A stretch of 49,166 nt of DNA from a virus (lineage: Duplodnaviria > Heunggongvirae > Uroviricota > Caudoviricetes): IMG/VR virus record IMGVR_UViG_3300018080_000120; one strand, written 5' to 3'. The position numbers and the translations under genes are program-made. Shown piece after piece: positions 20,193-27,220 of the stretch; position 1 is the first letter of the stretch; every line of letters starts with the position of its first letter. The notes under the pieces were generated by a model. It worked only from the letters and a program-made list of their open reading frames with translations. It made no database searches and was not told where the DNA came from.

Positions 20193-20816
20193 TTATCTAG
20201 AGTTCTTAAAACTTTTAAAGATTTGATTCAGCCTACGATAATAATCGTTTCTCTTGAACAGAAATTGATAAATATTTTCACCATTTTTATATATTTTGGT
20301 AATTATATTTACTTTGTCGGCATTCCTAAAAATGAATTCTCTTACTTCTGGGTCTATGCAGTAATTAGAAAAATTATCTATTCTTGGGCTATGCCATCTC
20401 TCTGTTACATTCTCAGATTGTTTGTTTATTTCTTCAGTTATTTTATTCTCGTACTTCGGAGCGAGATGGAATATTAAATAACTTTTATCAGATTTATTTT
20501 GGGTTCTGAAACCTACCAGATATCTATTGCTTCTGGATTTCTTTTTTAATTTTATTATGACGCCTAGTTCTATTAATTTATCCACACACCGCCTAACGGT
20601 GGAGTAGCTAATACGTCCTATTTTTCTTTGTAGAGTTCTATGTGTTATATTCGATACTAACAAGCCATTTCCATAAAGACCATTTTCGTTATAGGCTATA
20701 CTATCCCATAGGGCGAACATAACGATTTTTTCTTCAGCGGTTAAAATATGTCTATAAAATCCACAAGAATTCATAGTCTTAGATATACGAATAAAATTAT
20801 CGTTAAAAAAATTCAT
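20193..20816 (-). CDS. Winged-helix protein, candidate replication initiator
   Basis: THRTLQRKIGRISYSTVRRCVDKLIELGVI HTH plus wing SNRY. Confidence 0.6.
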   Translation of the reverse strand: MNFFNDNFIRISKTMNSCGFYRHILTAEEKIVMFALWDSIAYNENGLYGNGLLVSNITHRTLQRKIGRISYSTVRRCVDKLIELGVIIKLKKKSRSNRYLVGFRTQNKSDKSYLIFHLAPKYENKITEEINKQSENVTERWHSPRIDNFSNYCIDPEVREFIFRNADKVNIITKIYKNGENIYQFLFKRNDYYRRLNQIFKSFKNSR

Positions 20817-20828
20817 AAATTCACCTGT

Positions 20829-21113
20829 TTACTTTCTTAAATGTCTAAAAAAAGGAATACTTTTAATAATATCTTCATTATCAACTTCGTCTTTGTTTTT
20901 ATAATGATTACAGTCAATGGTTATTTCTCTATCAATATCCATATTGGATATCAAACAGAGGTTCAAAACAACTATGTTATCGTTATCACTAAATAAAGCA
21001 TTGCCGTCCTCATCGACATAATCCTCCAACGACGTAGGTATAAAGCACCTACGAAATCGATAAGCGCAGTCTTTACAAATACTTTTTCCTTTAGATTTGT
21101 ATTTCTTCGTCAT
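20829..21113 (-). CDS. Cys-containing hypothetical protein
   Basis: CKDC...C...C.H. Confidence 0.55.
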   Translation of the reverse strand: MTKKYKSKGKSICKDCAYRFRRCFIPTSLEDYVDEDGNALFSDNDNIVVLNLCLISNMDIDREITIDCNHYKNKDEVDNEDIIKSIPFFRHLRK

Positions 21114-21318
21114 CTTTTCCCCGCTGTCTCAATGCTCTATCTACTGTTTCCTGATCCTTTTGGCAATCTATTTTGCCTTCCGCTTTTAATCGTTTAATCT
21201 TTGCGTTTATTGAATCAGCGGATCTGTTAAAAAGTTTTTGTAATTCCTGAATTGTCGAGGTCTTATAATGCTTTATAAGTAATGATTCCTCATACAATCC
21301 CCAACCCTTGCGACGCAT
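21091..21318 (-). CDS. Myb/homeodomain-like HTH protein
   Basis: W...EE.LL...Y...RS..SI..K..RL. Confidence 0.55.
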   Translation of the reverse strand: MRRKGWGLYEESLLIKHYKTSTIQELQKLFNRSADSINAKIKRLKAEGKIDCQKDQETVDRALRQRGKDDEEIQI

Positions 21319-21349
21319 GTTTTACCTCCGATCTTGCGCCTTCAGTTAT

Positions 21350-21378
21350 ATTATAGAATACAATTTTGGTTTTGCTAG
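21350..21378 (-). promoter_or_regulatory. Phage promoter copy 3
   Basis: CTAGCA-N17-TATAAT. Confidence 0.8.
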
Positions 21379-21429
21379 ACTGAAAAAATTTTCTATGGTT
21401 TAACCAATTATTTCAGTGTTTTGGTTAAT

Positions 21430-21837
21430 TTACCATAGTCCATTTAACATCTGCTTATAATTACTAATATCTAAATTATATTCATATACATATACCGGAA
21501 TAGATTTTTCTGCATCCGGAGCGCAAAATAATATATTAGCATCTATAATCTTTCTCCTGAATTTATCAGGGGTGTAGCCTTCAATCCCCTCTAATTTTTT
21601 AATAACAGCATCAATATTATTAAATCTCTGTATTTCACCATAAACTATATCTTTTTTATTATCAGATAGTTTAATTCCTGGAAATTTATCATCAATGTTG
21701 TATAATTTAGCATGAATAAATGTCGCTTTAGTATAAATTCTATTTTTTGATAACACTGAAATATATGGAAAATTTGTTCCAGCCCGTAAAGCACCATACA
21801 CAAATATTTTATCTAGGCGATCTAGGTCTTTTTTCAT
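21430..21837 (-). CDS. Gamma-glutamylcyclotransferase (GGACT/AIG2-like)
   Basis: IFVYGALR, FPGI, VYGEI, EGY; true start MKKDLD after RBS GGAGG. Confidence 0.75.
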   Translation of the reverse strand: MKKDLDRLDKIFVYGALRAGTNFPYISVLSKNRIYTKATFIHAKLYNIDDKFPGIKLSDNKKDIVYGEIQRFNNIDAVIKKLEGIEGYTPDKFRRKIIDANILFCAPDAEKSIPVYVYEYNLDISNYKQMLNGLW

Positions 21838-21865
21838 CGTCCTCCGTCCTAAAAATATTTTTTTG

Positions 21866-21937
21866 AGACGACGAGGGGACTCGAACCCCCATACGCAGGG
21901 TTGCAGCCTGCTACCTATCCAGTTCGGCCACGCCGTC
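21866..21937 (-). tRNA. tRNA-Cys(GCA)
   Basis: GACGGCG/CGTCGTC acceptor, GCAGG-CTGCAAC-CCTGC anticodon arm, TTCGAGT T-loop, U73; CCA not encoded. Confidence 0.92.
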
Positions 21938-21940
21938 TTG

Positions 21941-22021
21941 AGCGGGAGACGGGACTCGAACCCGCAGTGCATTAAGCGCCAGCTTGGAAGGCTGGTGGCA
22001 TACCAGTTTGCCTACTCCCGC
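21941..22021 (-). tRNA. tRNA-Gly(UCC) with 13-nt variable region
   Basis: GCGGGAG/CTCCCGC acceptor, CCAGC-CTTCCAA-GCTGG, U73; 81 nt; CCA not encoded. Confidence 0.88.
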
Positions 22022-22059
22022 TTTGTGTACTTCTTCATTCTAAATCAAAAAATAAAATC

Positions 22060-22311
22060 TTATTGCTGTTGTATTGCTACTACTTGAATATGCGGCATAA
22101 TTTTATTAGGTGGAGCAATAGTCAATGACACATGAAGGTCACACCTATATCTTTGTAATACAGCCTGGATTTCTTGAGTACATCCAGTGATTCTCTCATC
22201 TATTTCCCTTTGTAAAGCAGCCTTAGCTTCTTCTGCACTCACTTCTGGTTTCTTTGTAGCAGTGTTTTTGGATGCTGCTTTTTTGGTTTCAGTCTTCTTT
22301 TTTCTTGGCAT
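22060..22311 (-). CDS. Hypothetical protein with Lys-rich N-terminus
   Basis: RBS GGAG, ATG, helical body. Confidence 0.6.
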   Translation of the reverse strand: MPRKKKTETKKAASKNTATKKPEVSAEEAKAALQREIDERITGCTQEIQAVLQRYRCDLHVSLTIAPPNKIMPHIQVVAIQQQ

Positions 22312-22321
22312 GATACTCTCC

Positions 22322-22750
22322 TTATTTAATTATTTTTACTTTATATTTAATGGGGCGCACGGAGGGAATTGAACCCTCGATGGTGGTGTTAGAATCCACT
22401 GCCTTGGCCACTTGGCGACATGCGCTCGGTCCATACTCTTCTTTAATCTTTCTTATCCTATTTTCATCAGGTCTTAGTTCAGCAGACTGACCTTCATATG
22501 GATAAGAAGCTTCAATTTGACTTCGAGTCTTTCCTCTAAGCTCGGAATATGCTATATGTCTATGGCGATATTCCCGCCTAAGCTTATTAAGCGAATACGA
22601 ATTCTTAAAATATTCGTCCCACGCTTTTGAATTATAATGTGCGACCTCATAACCGCCGCGCTGATGCTCCTTAAATAAATTACGCTTTCGTCTAATTTCT
22701 TTTCCTGAATCTTTTAACCATTGTTTAAGTTCTGACATTTTACCTTTCAT
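22322..22750 (-). CDS. Conserved-type phage protein whose 3' end spans the CUA tRNA
   Basis: EYRHRHIAYSELRGKTRSQIE motif; frame stays open through the tRNA to the TAA of TAAGGAG. Confidence 0.6.
   Translation of the reverse strand: MKGKMSELKQWLKDSGKEIRRKRNLFKEHQRGGYEVAHYNSKAWDEYFKNSYSLNKLRREYRHRHIAYSELRGKTRSQIEASYPYEGQSAELRPDENRIRKIKEEYGPSACRQVAKAVDSNTTIEGSIPSVRPIKYKVKIIK
22351..22425 (-). tRNA. Amber-suppressor tRNA (anticodon CUA), Gln-like body
   Basis: GCGCATG/CGTGCGC acceptor, D arm GCC-AAGTGGCCAA-GGC, GTGGA-TTCTAAC-ACCAC, GAGGG-TTCAATT-CCCTC, C73, encoded CCA. Confidence 0.9.
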
Positions 22751-22762
22751 TTTTTATCTCCT

Positions 22763-22846
22763 TTAGATTGAATTTTTTTCCGCCAGGATAAAAAATGGAG
22801 GCCCTCTTGATAGAACCTATAATTTATCTAATCTTTTTATCTACAT
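22763..22846 (-). other. Mini-ORF with two in-frame TAG codons
   Basis: TAAGGAG RBS, ATG TAG ... TAG ... TAA; fills the gap between two genes. Confidence 0.3.
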
Positions 22847-22857
22847 GGATTATCTCC

Positions 22858-23073
22858 TTATTTAGAACCAAAAGACCCATTTTTGGTGGGGGTAGGAAAC
22901 TCCATTTCCATATAAACAGTTTCACCACCACAATTGGGACATTTGAAATTATCATCACATTCCATAGAAGCTATATACTGAATAAAGAAATTACATTTAG
23001 AACAATATACTTTTATAATATTGCCTACCTTTATCATCTTTCTTCTTTTTGGTCCTACAATGTCTTCAAACAT
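22858..23073 (-). CDS. Zinc-ribbon protein
   Basis: CSKC and CPNCGG; start MFEDIVG just after the tRNA. Confidence 0.6.
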   Translation of the reverse strand: MFEDIVGPKRRKMIKVGNIIKVYCSKCNFFIQYIASMECDDNFKCPNCGGETVYMEMEFPTPTKNGSFGSK

Positions 23074-23085
23074 ATTTCCTCTTTT

Positions 23086-23160
23086 TGGAGCGGACACGGG
23101 GTTTCGAACCCCGAACCTGCTGGATGGCATCCAGCTGCTCTACCGTTGAGCTATGTCCGC
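23086..23160 (-). tRNA. tRNA-Gly(GCC)
   Basis: GCGGACA/TGTCCGC, GCTGG-ATGCCAT-CCAGC, U73, encoded CCA. Confidence 0.95.
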
Positions 23161-23319
23161 TTATCTCTTTTTGTAACTGATCTTCTTTTTGCCGTTTATT
23201 ATGGTTTTCAAATATCCTCTTTCTTTACATTTGCCGGCTTTAGGGCAACTGTTACAATGCTCTAAAAACCTTAAAACACTCTCACAATTAAAATCTGAAG
23301 CGTGTACGGTATTTCCCAT
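23161..23319 (-). CDS. 52-aa Cys-rich protein (not in track)
   Basis: RBS AAGGAG; MGNTVHASDFNC...CNSCPKAGKC...; stop abuts the tRNA 5' end. Confidence 0.6.
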   Translation of the reverse strand: MGNTVHASDFNCESVLRFLEHCNSCPKAGKCKERGYLKTIINGKKKISYKKR

Positions 23320-23322
23320 AAA

Positions 23323-23874
23323 TTACTCCTTCCACTGCGTTTTTCTGCGACTTTTCCAGTTTTTTCTTGTTCGAATGTCGCTTCTTGCTTTATCTTCCCA
23401 CGCAGTAGGTAACCAATTTTTAGTTCTTTTACCTCTTATAAATTCTTTATAAGCTTCGTTCCATCTTAATTCTTGAGCTGTCTTCGGTTTTTTATAGTAA
23501 TTCTTGAAATATCGTCTATAACGTCTACTTCCTGTATAAGGCACAGGAGAATGTCTATAAATAAAATTTTCTCGTCTAAGACACCATTCTGTGCGCCTGG
23601 CGCGATTCTTTTGGCGAATGTCTTCCAGTATATCGTTCTTTGTAATTACACTACCAAATTCATCTCTAACGATATATCTAATAATCTCTTCGCCAGCCCG
23701 CGACCAAATGCGCATATATTTCTCTGGCCAATCCTTAAATGTGGTTACAACATGATCTTCCACAAACCAGTAATTCATTGCCTCAATAAATTCGTCATAA
23801 TTCTCGTACTCAAAAACTTCTCTATCGTTTTTTATTAATCGAATTCTTGGTTTGTATTGTGGTATGTCGTACAT
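23323..23874 (-). CDS. Basic hypothetical protein
   Basis: KPKTAQELR...LPTAWED...NWK.RRKTQW motif. Confidence 0.65.
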   Translation of the reverse strand: MYDIPQYKPRIRLIKNDREVFEYENYDEFIEAMNYWFVEDHVVTTFKDWPEKYMRIWSRAGEEIIRYIVRDEFGSVITKNDILEDIRQKNRARRTEWCLRRENFIYRHSPVPYTGSRRYRRYFKNYYKKPKTAQELRWNEAYKEFIRGKRTKNWLPTAWEDKARSDIRTRKNWKSRRKTQWKE

Positions 23875-23948
23875 GTGACCCCACCTCCTTATAGTAGTCT
23901 CAACTATAAGGCATCGGTCACATAGTAAATAACAGGTCCTCCCACCAT
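23873..23948 (-). promoter_or_regulatory. Leader peptide (MVGGPVIYYVTDAL-TAG) plus RBS-sequestering hairpin
   Basis: Perfect 8-bp (23873-80/23916-23) and 9-bp (23887-95/23903-11) stems cover part of AAGGAGG and the ATG. Confidence 0.6.
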
Positions 23949-23973
23949 ATTATTTACCCCTCCTTTATTTAGA

Positions 23974-24429
23974 TTATTTAGATCTTATTATTTCTTCTAA
24001 CAATCTTTTTTGTTTATCGTCCAAATAATTAGGCGGAACTACTTTTTTCTGATATTCCAGATACATATCGCAAACAAAATTCTTAGCTTCTTTTTCTGAA
24101 ATAAAAAGTAGTCCATCTTCTATTTCAATATTAATCATTGCAAAATATTTAGGAAAGAATTTTTCATCTTCTACACTAGGAATTTGTTCATCTTCTTCCA
24201 TATATTGTAGTAAATAAAGGCCTAATTGTATTGCATCGTATGTTCTTTGATTTTCAAGTGTTATCTTGACTTTTAAATTTTTATCAATTTTTTCAAGAGA
24301 ATAAATCAAGCATATACTCTCTTCTCTTGGATCCGGCATTTCAGACAAAGTCATCCTATTCCAAGATGCTGTGCATCCAAGACAAAATACTAACATACAG
24401 ATACATAAAAATTTAAGTAGTTTTCTCAC
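23974..24429 (-). CDS. Putative lipoprotein
   Basis: GTG start after GGAGG; signal peptide ending LVFCLG-C. Confidence 0.55.
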   Translation of the reverse strand: MRKLLKFLCICMLVFCLGCTASWNRMTLSEMPDPREESICLIYSLEKIDKNLKVKITLENQRTYDAIQLGLYLLQYMEEDEQIPSVEDEKFFPKYFAMINIEIEDGLLFISEKEAKNFVCDMYLEYQKKVVPPNYLDDKQKRLLEEIIRSK

Positions 24430-24502
24430 TACTGCCCCTCCTAATCTTAATGAGCAGATTATAAGATGGCCGGACACCCTACTGCTCTATTCTTTACTAA
24501 TT

Positions 24503-24663
24503 TCCTGGCTCAAGGAATCGGCGTCCCTGCGTTTCGATATCCACCCCGTTGAGCTATCGGGGCAAAGAAATTAGCCCCGGCAATATTTCAAGGTATTTAA
24601 ATTGCAGTCCCTAGAGCTCGCTCGTCAGCTAATGGCGTTCATCGACCCCAGAGTACCCCAGGA
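24503..24663 (-). ncRNA. Unidentified structured RNA candidate
   Basis: GC-rich noncoding island; end-to-end pairing TCCTGG/CCAGGA, GGGGTCG/CGATTCC, GAGCT/AGCTC, CGGGGC/GCCCCG; about 80 nt downstream of promoter copy 4. Confidence 0.5.
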
Positions 24664-24747
24664 TTTATCTGCAATAATTCTTATCCGTTATTATAATTAT
24701 CTATTCTTTCTTTTATGCGTCTTATATCGTCTAATATTCTCACTTTT

Positions 24748-24776
24748 ATTATAGAATATATTTTTAAATTTGCTAG
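24748..24776 (-). promoter_or_regulatory. Phage promoter copy 4
   Basis: CTAGCA-N17-TATAAT. Confidence 0.8.
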
Positions 24777-24779
24777 ATA

Positions 24780-25220
24780 TTATTTTTCTTTTTTCTGTTT
24801 TGTGGGCCAGTAATATGGCAAACCCGGCTCAACATCCCAATTATATTGGCTATAGAACTCTTTGTTCTTTTCCAATAATTTGGATTTATGTGAATCATGG
24901 AATTCCTTGTTTCCTACCCAATCGGGATATGTTATAGAAAAAATCATACATTTCTCAGGTTCCATATTATTTTCATATCCTCTTGAAACCCATTCTCTTA
25001 TTATACAATTTATATAATATCTTAGACAGTTTGCATACCCCTCCCACATTTTCACGGCGGGATGATTAATCCATGCTATTTTCCCATTTTCATTCGGTTT
25101 AGCCTTGCCTTCTATTATGTTTAATATCTGTTTAGCTTCAACGCGCTGTTTGCCTAAGCGTTTGTAATCTAAAGCTTTAGCTGATTTTTCAAAGTCTGTA
25201 TATGGTAAAAAAGTTTGCAT
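24780..25220 (-). CDS. Pyrimidine-dimer glycosylase/DenV-like (MSMEG_6728-type) protein
   Basis: MQTFLPY, LD.KRLGKQRVEA.QIL, NHPAVKMW.GY, EW..RGY. Confidence 0.8.
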   Translation of the reverse strand: MQTFLPYTDFEKSAKALDYKRLGKQRVEAKQILNIIEGKAKPNENGKIAWINHPAVKMWEGYANCLRYYINCIIREWVSRGYENNMEPEKCMIFSITYPDWVGNKEFHDSHKSKLLEKNKEFYSQYNWDVEPGLPYYWPTKQKKEK

Positions 25221-25232
25221 TTTTTTATTTCC

Positions 25233-25409
25233 TTATAGTATAAATCTAAATTCTCTATTTTTGTCTTCTTTTAAAATAGCCTTGAGATCTTGTTCTGTAA
25301 GATGAATATATACTTTTGTCAGTATTTCATTATCAGAAGCACTTTCTTCAACATAACTTCCGCCATACCCCTTTTTAACTATAGCCTCCAGTACTTTGTG
25401 AATCTCCAT
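25233..25409 (-). CDS. Hypothetical protein
   Basis: Start taken at MEIHKV; overlaps the upstream gene end. Confidence 0.45.
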   Translation of the reverse strand: MEIHKVLEAIVKKGYGGSYVEESASDNEILTKVYIHLTEQDLKAILKEDKNREFRFIL

Positions 25410-26046
25410 TCTCTCTTTCCTCCCGTTTCTTATATCGCGCTTGCATATCTCGTTCACCTTGATATCTACCATTGTAATAACATCTTTCAGCAGTAAGTAT
25501 AGACATTTGGTCGGCTTCCCATTTCATAATACTTTCATGGGCTCTCCTATATTTATTTAATTTGCCAACAGCATTGGCTAAATAAATAGCATGATTATGA
25601 AAACAATGACAAACTCTATCACCGGCCTGCATCAGATACCTGTCGTCGCCATTTTTATACATTTCGATGCTTAAAACTGAGAAAGTATGAAACATTTGTT
25701 TAAATATTTCTCGATATTCATGGGTGACGTATAAACTTTCTTCCCAATCAGACCTAAATCGAAATTCAATCAAATTACTTTTAAAATACTTGATTACTAA
25801 TTTTGCAAATTTATAAGAACATCTAATCAAACTATATTCACCTTCATAAAAATAATGCCAGTTAGGATCCATATATAATATTTTATCATAAATTCTAACA
25901 ATATGAGCGAAAGCTTTCTTCATGCCTTCCTCGCTTTCTCTTCTTTCTCCGTTGAAACCATCCAGCCAAAATTCCACAACTTCATTTCTATATTTGAAGT
26001 TATCCTTCATTAGCCTTAATTTGTTGATTATATTTCTAATTCTCAT
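25375..26046 (-). CDS. Hypothetical protein
   Basis: 223-aa ORF with ATGA coupling. Confidence 0.65.
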   Translation of the reverse strand: MRIRNIINKLRLMKDNFKYRNEVVEFWLDGFNGERRESEEGMKKAFAHIVRIYDKILYMDPNWHYFYEGEYSLIRCSYKFAKLVIKYFKSNLIEFRFRSDWEESLYVTHEYREIFKQMFHTFSVLSIEMYKNGDDRYLMQAGDRVCHCFHNHAIYLANAVGKLNKYRRAHESIMKWEADQMSILTAERCYYNGRYQGERDMQARYKKREERENGDSQSTGGYS

Positions 26047-26294
26047 AATTCTTGATTCCTTTTTTTGCTTAATTTCTTTAGGTCTTGTTCTAATCTCAGC
26101 AATATTTCTATTACATCCTCATATTTTACCCAGTTTCCATTATCATCTTCCATCATGCCTATTTGATTTCTGGTATCGACATTCAGGGTAAATATACTAT
26201 ATCTTTTTATTAAATCCATTTTAATTCCCCTTAATTCTTTTTTCCAACCACCATTTTTCAAACAATCTCCTAGAGATACGCTTTTGGGCAGCAC
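26043..26294 (-). CDS. Hypothetical protein (true start probably downstream, MDLIKRY)
   Basis: EDDNGNWVKYEDV phage-type motif. Confidence 0.45.
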   Translation of the reverse strand: MLPKSVSLGDCLKNGGWKKELRGIKMDLIKRYSIFTLNVDTRNQIGMMEDDNGNWVKYEDVIEILLRLEQDLKKLSKKRNQEL

Positions 26295-26487
26295 TCATAT
26301 TTTTCCATAATATAGTTTCCTGACTACCACAAATTGGGCATGAATCAATGCCCCAACTATTTCCTCCTGACCAAAACGTATCATGAAGTCCGCACTTTAT
26401 ACAGAACATTTCATTGTCATGAAAATCTTTACTTTTTGGTCTGGGATCGTTATTATTTGGAACCCATTTTCCATTAACTATTGGCAT
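26221..26487 (-). CDS. Zinc-ribbon protein
   Basis: CIKC and CPICGS. Confidence 0.6.
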   Translation of the reverse strand: MPIVNGKWVPNNNDPRPKSKDFHDNEMFCIKCGLHDTFWSGGNSWGIDSCPICGSQETILWKNMSAAQKRISRRLFEKWWLEKRIKGN

Positions 26488-26498
26488 ATTTATTCTCC

Positions 26499-26987
26499 TT
26501 AATAATCCAAAAAGAAAGTTTTAACCATATCAGCAGCTTCTTCTACTGTATCTACTTTGGCAGAACAGCATTCATCAATCCAAGGATGAGTAGTGTAAAT
26601 GTTTTCTACCCCGCCGGTGATGGCTATTACTGGTATATAAAAAACATCCCTTGCCCAGGTCAATTCTTGAACAGTGCCTATCATGGGTTTATCACTATTG
26701 TAAAGTTCTAAATTCACTACTATAATACTGCACATTTTAACCATCTGATAGTCTTTGGCTCGAAGTATTTTTTGTGATCGCTTTTTTGCCTCGCGGGTAA
26801 ATGCTAAACCATCTTCAGTGGCGTCTTTCATTCCTTGATTAAATTTGTTAGCACAAGGATTCACTATTACAACATTTGGTTCACCTTTTAATAGTTTAGT
26901 AAAGTTTTCCCGCCATTCATATGTACGGTTATCCTCATTGATATTTCCCGCCAAATAGATAAAGTGACGTTTTTTGTTTGTATCCAT
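26499..26987 (-). CDS. Nucleoside 2'-deoxyribosyltransferase-like protein
   Basis: IYLAG, WRE.F, NP, D..MVK.C, IGT.QE..WA, PVI. Confidence 0.7.
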   Translation of the reverse strand: MDTNKKRHFIYLAGNINEDNRTYEWRENFTKLLKGEPNVVIVNPCANKFNQGMKDATEDGLAFTREAKKRSQKILRAKDYQMVKMCSIIVVNLELYNSDKPMIGTVQELTWARDVFYIPVIAITGGVENIYTTHPWIDECCSAKVDTVEEAADMVKTFFLDY

Positions 26988-26992
26988 AATTC

Positions 26993-27220
26993 TTACTCCT
27001 TTTCCTCTAAATCTATTTCATCCGTTAATTTATAAAATTCATCCATAACATATTCAAACAATTTATCATCCTTTTTGGTTAAAGCTGCCAGAGCGGTCAA
27101 ATAAACTATAGGCGCTGGCACATCATCATCATCTTTGAATTCAGGAAGCACAAGCTTTATATCTCCTTTTGTATTCATTATAAATGCAGCTTCATTATCT
27201 TTGAGTTCAATTGTCTCCAT
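26993..27220 (-). CDS. Hypothetical protein
   Basis: RBS and operon packing. Confidence 0.55.
   Translation of the reverse strand: METIELKDNEAAFIMNTKGDIKLVLPEFKDDDDVPAPIVYLTALAALTKKDDKLFEYVMDEFYKLTDEIDLEEKE

Noticed and set aside
22351-22425. tRNA-Pyl or tRNA-His identity for the CUA tRNA
   Set aside because: It has a normal D-loop and no 6-bp anticodon stem, and there are no pyl genes in the window. C73 is His-like, but position -1 is A, not G.
21838-23130. N-terminal extensions of track ORFs 21430..21972 and 22858..23130
   Set aside because: They translate tRNA sequence, and good RBS-ATG starts exist downstream of the tRNAs.
24503-24663. tmRNA, hammerhead, c-di-GMP riboswitch or tRNA assignment
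   Set aside because: There is no T-arm/CCA 3' end. CTGACGA and GAAA are present but stems I and III do not form. GGGACGC lacks the upstream GGCAAA. The 6S resemblance is only partial.
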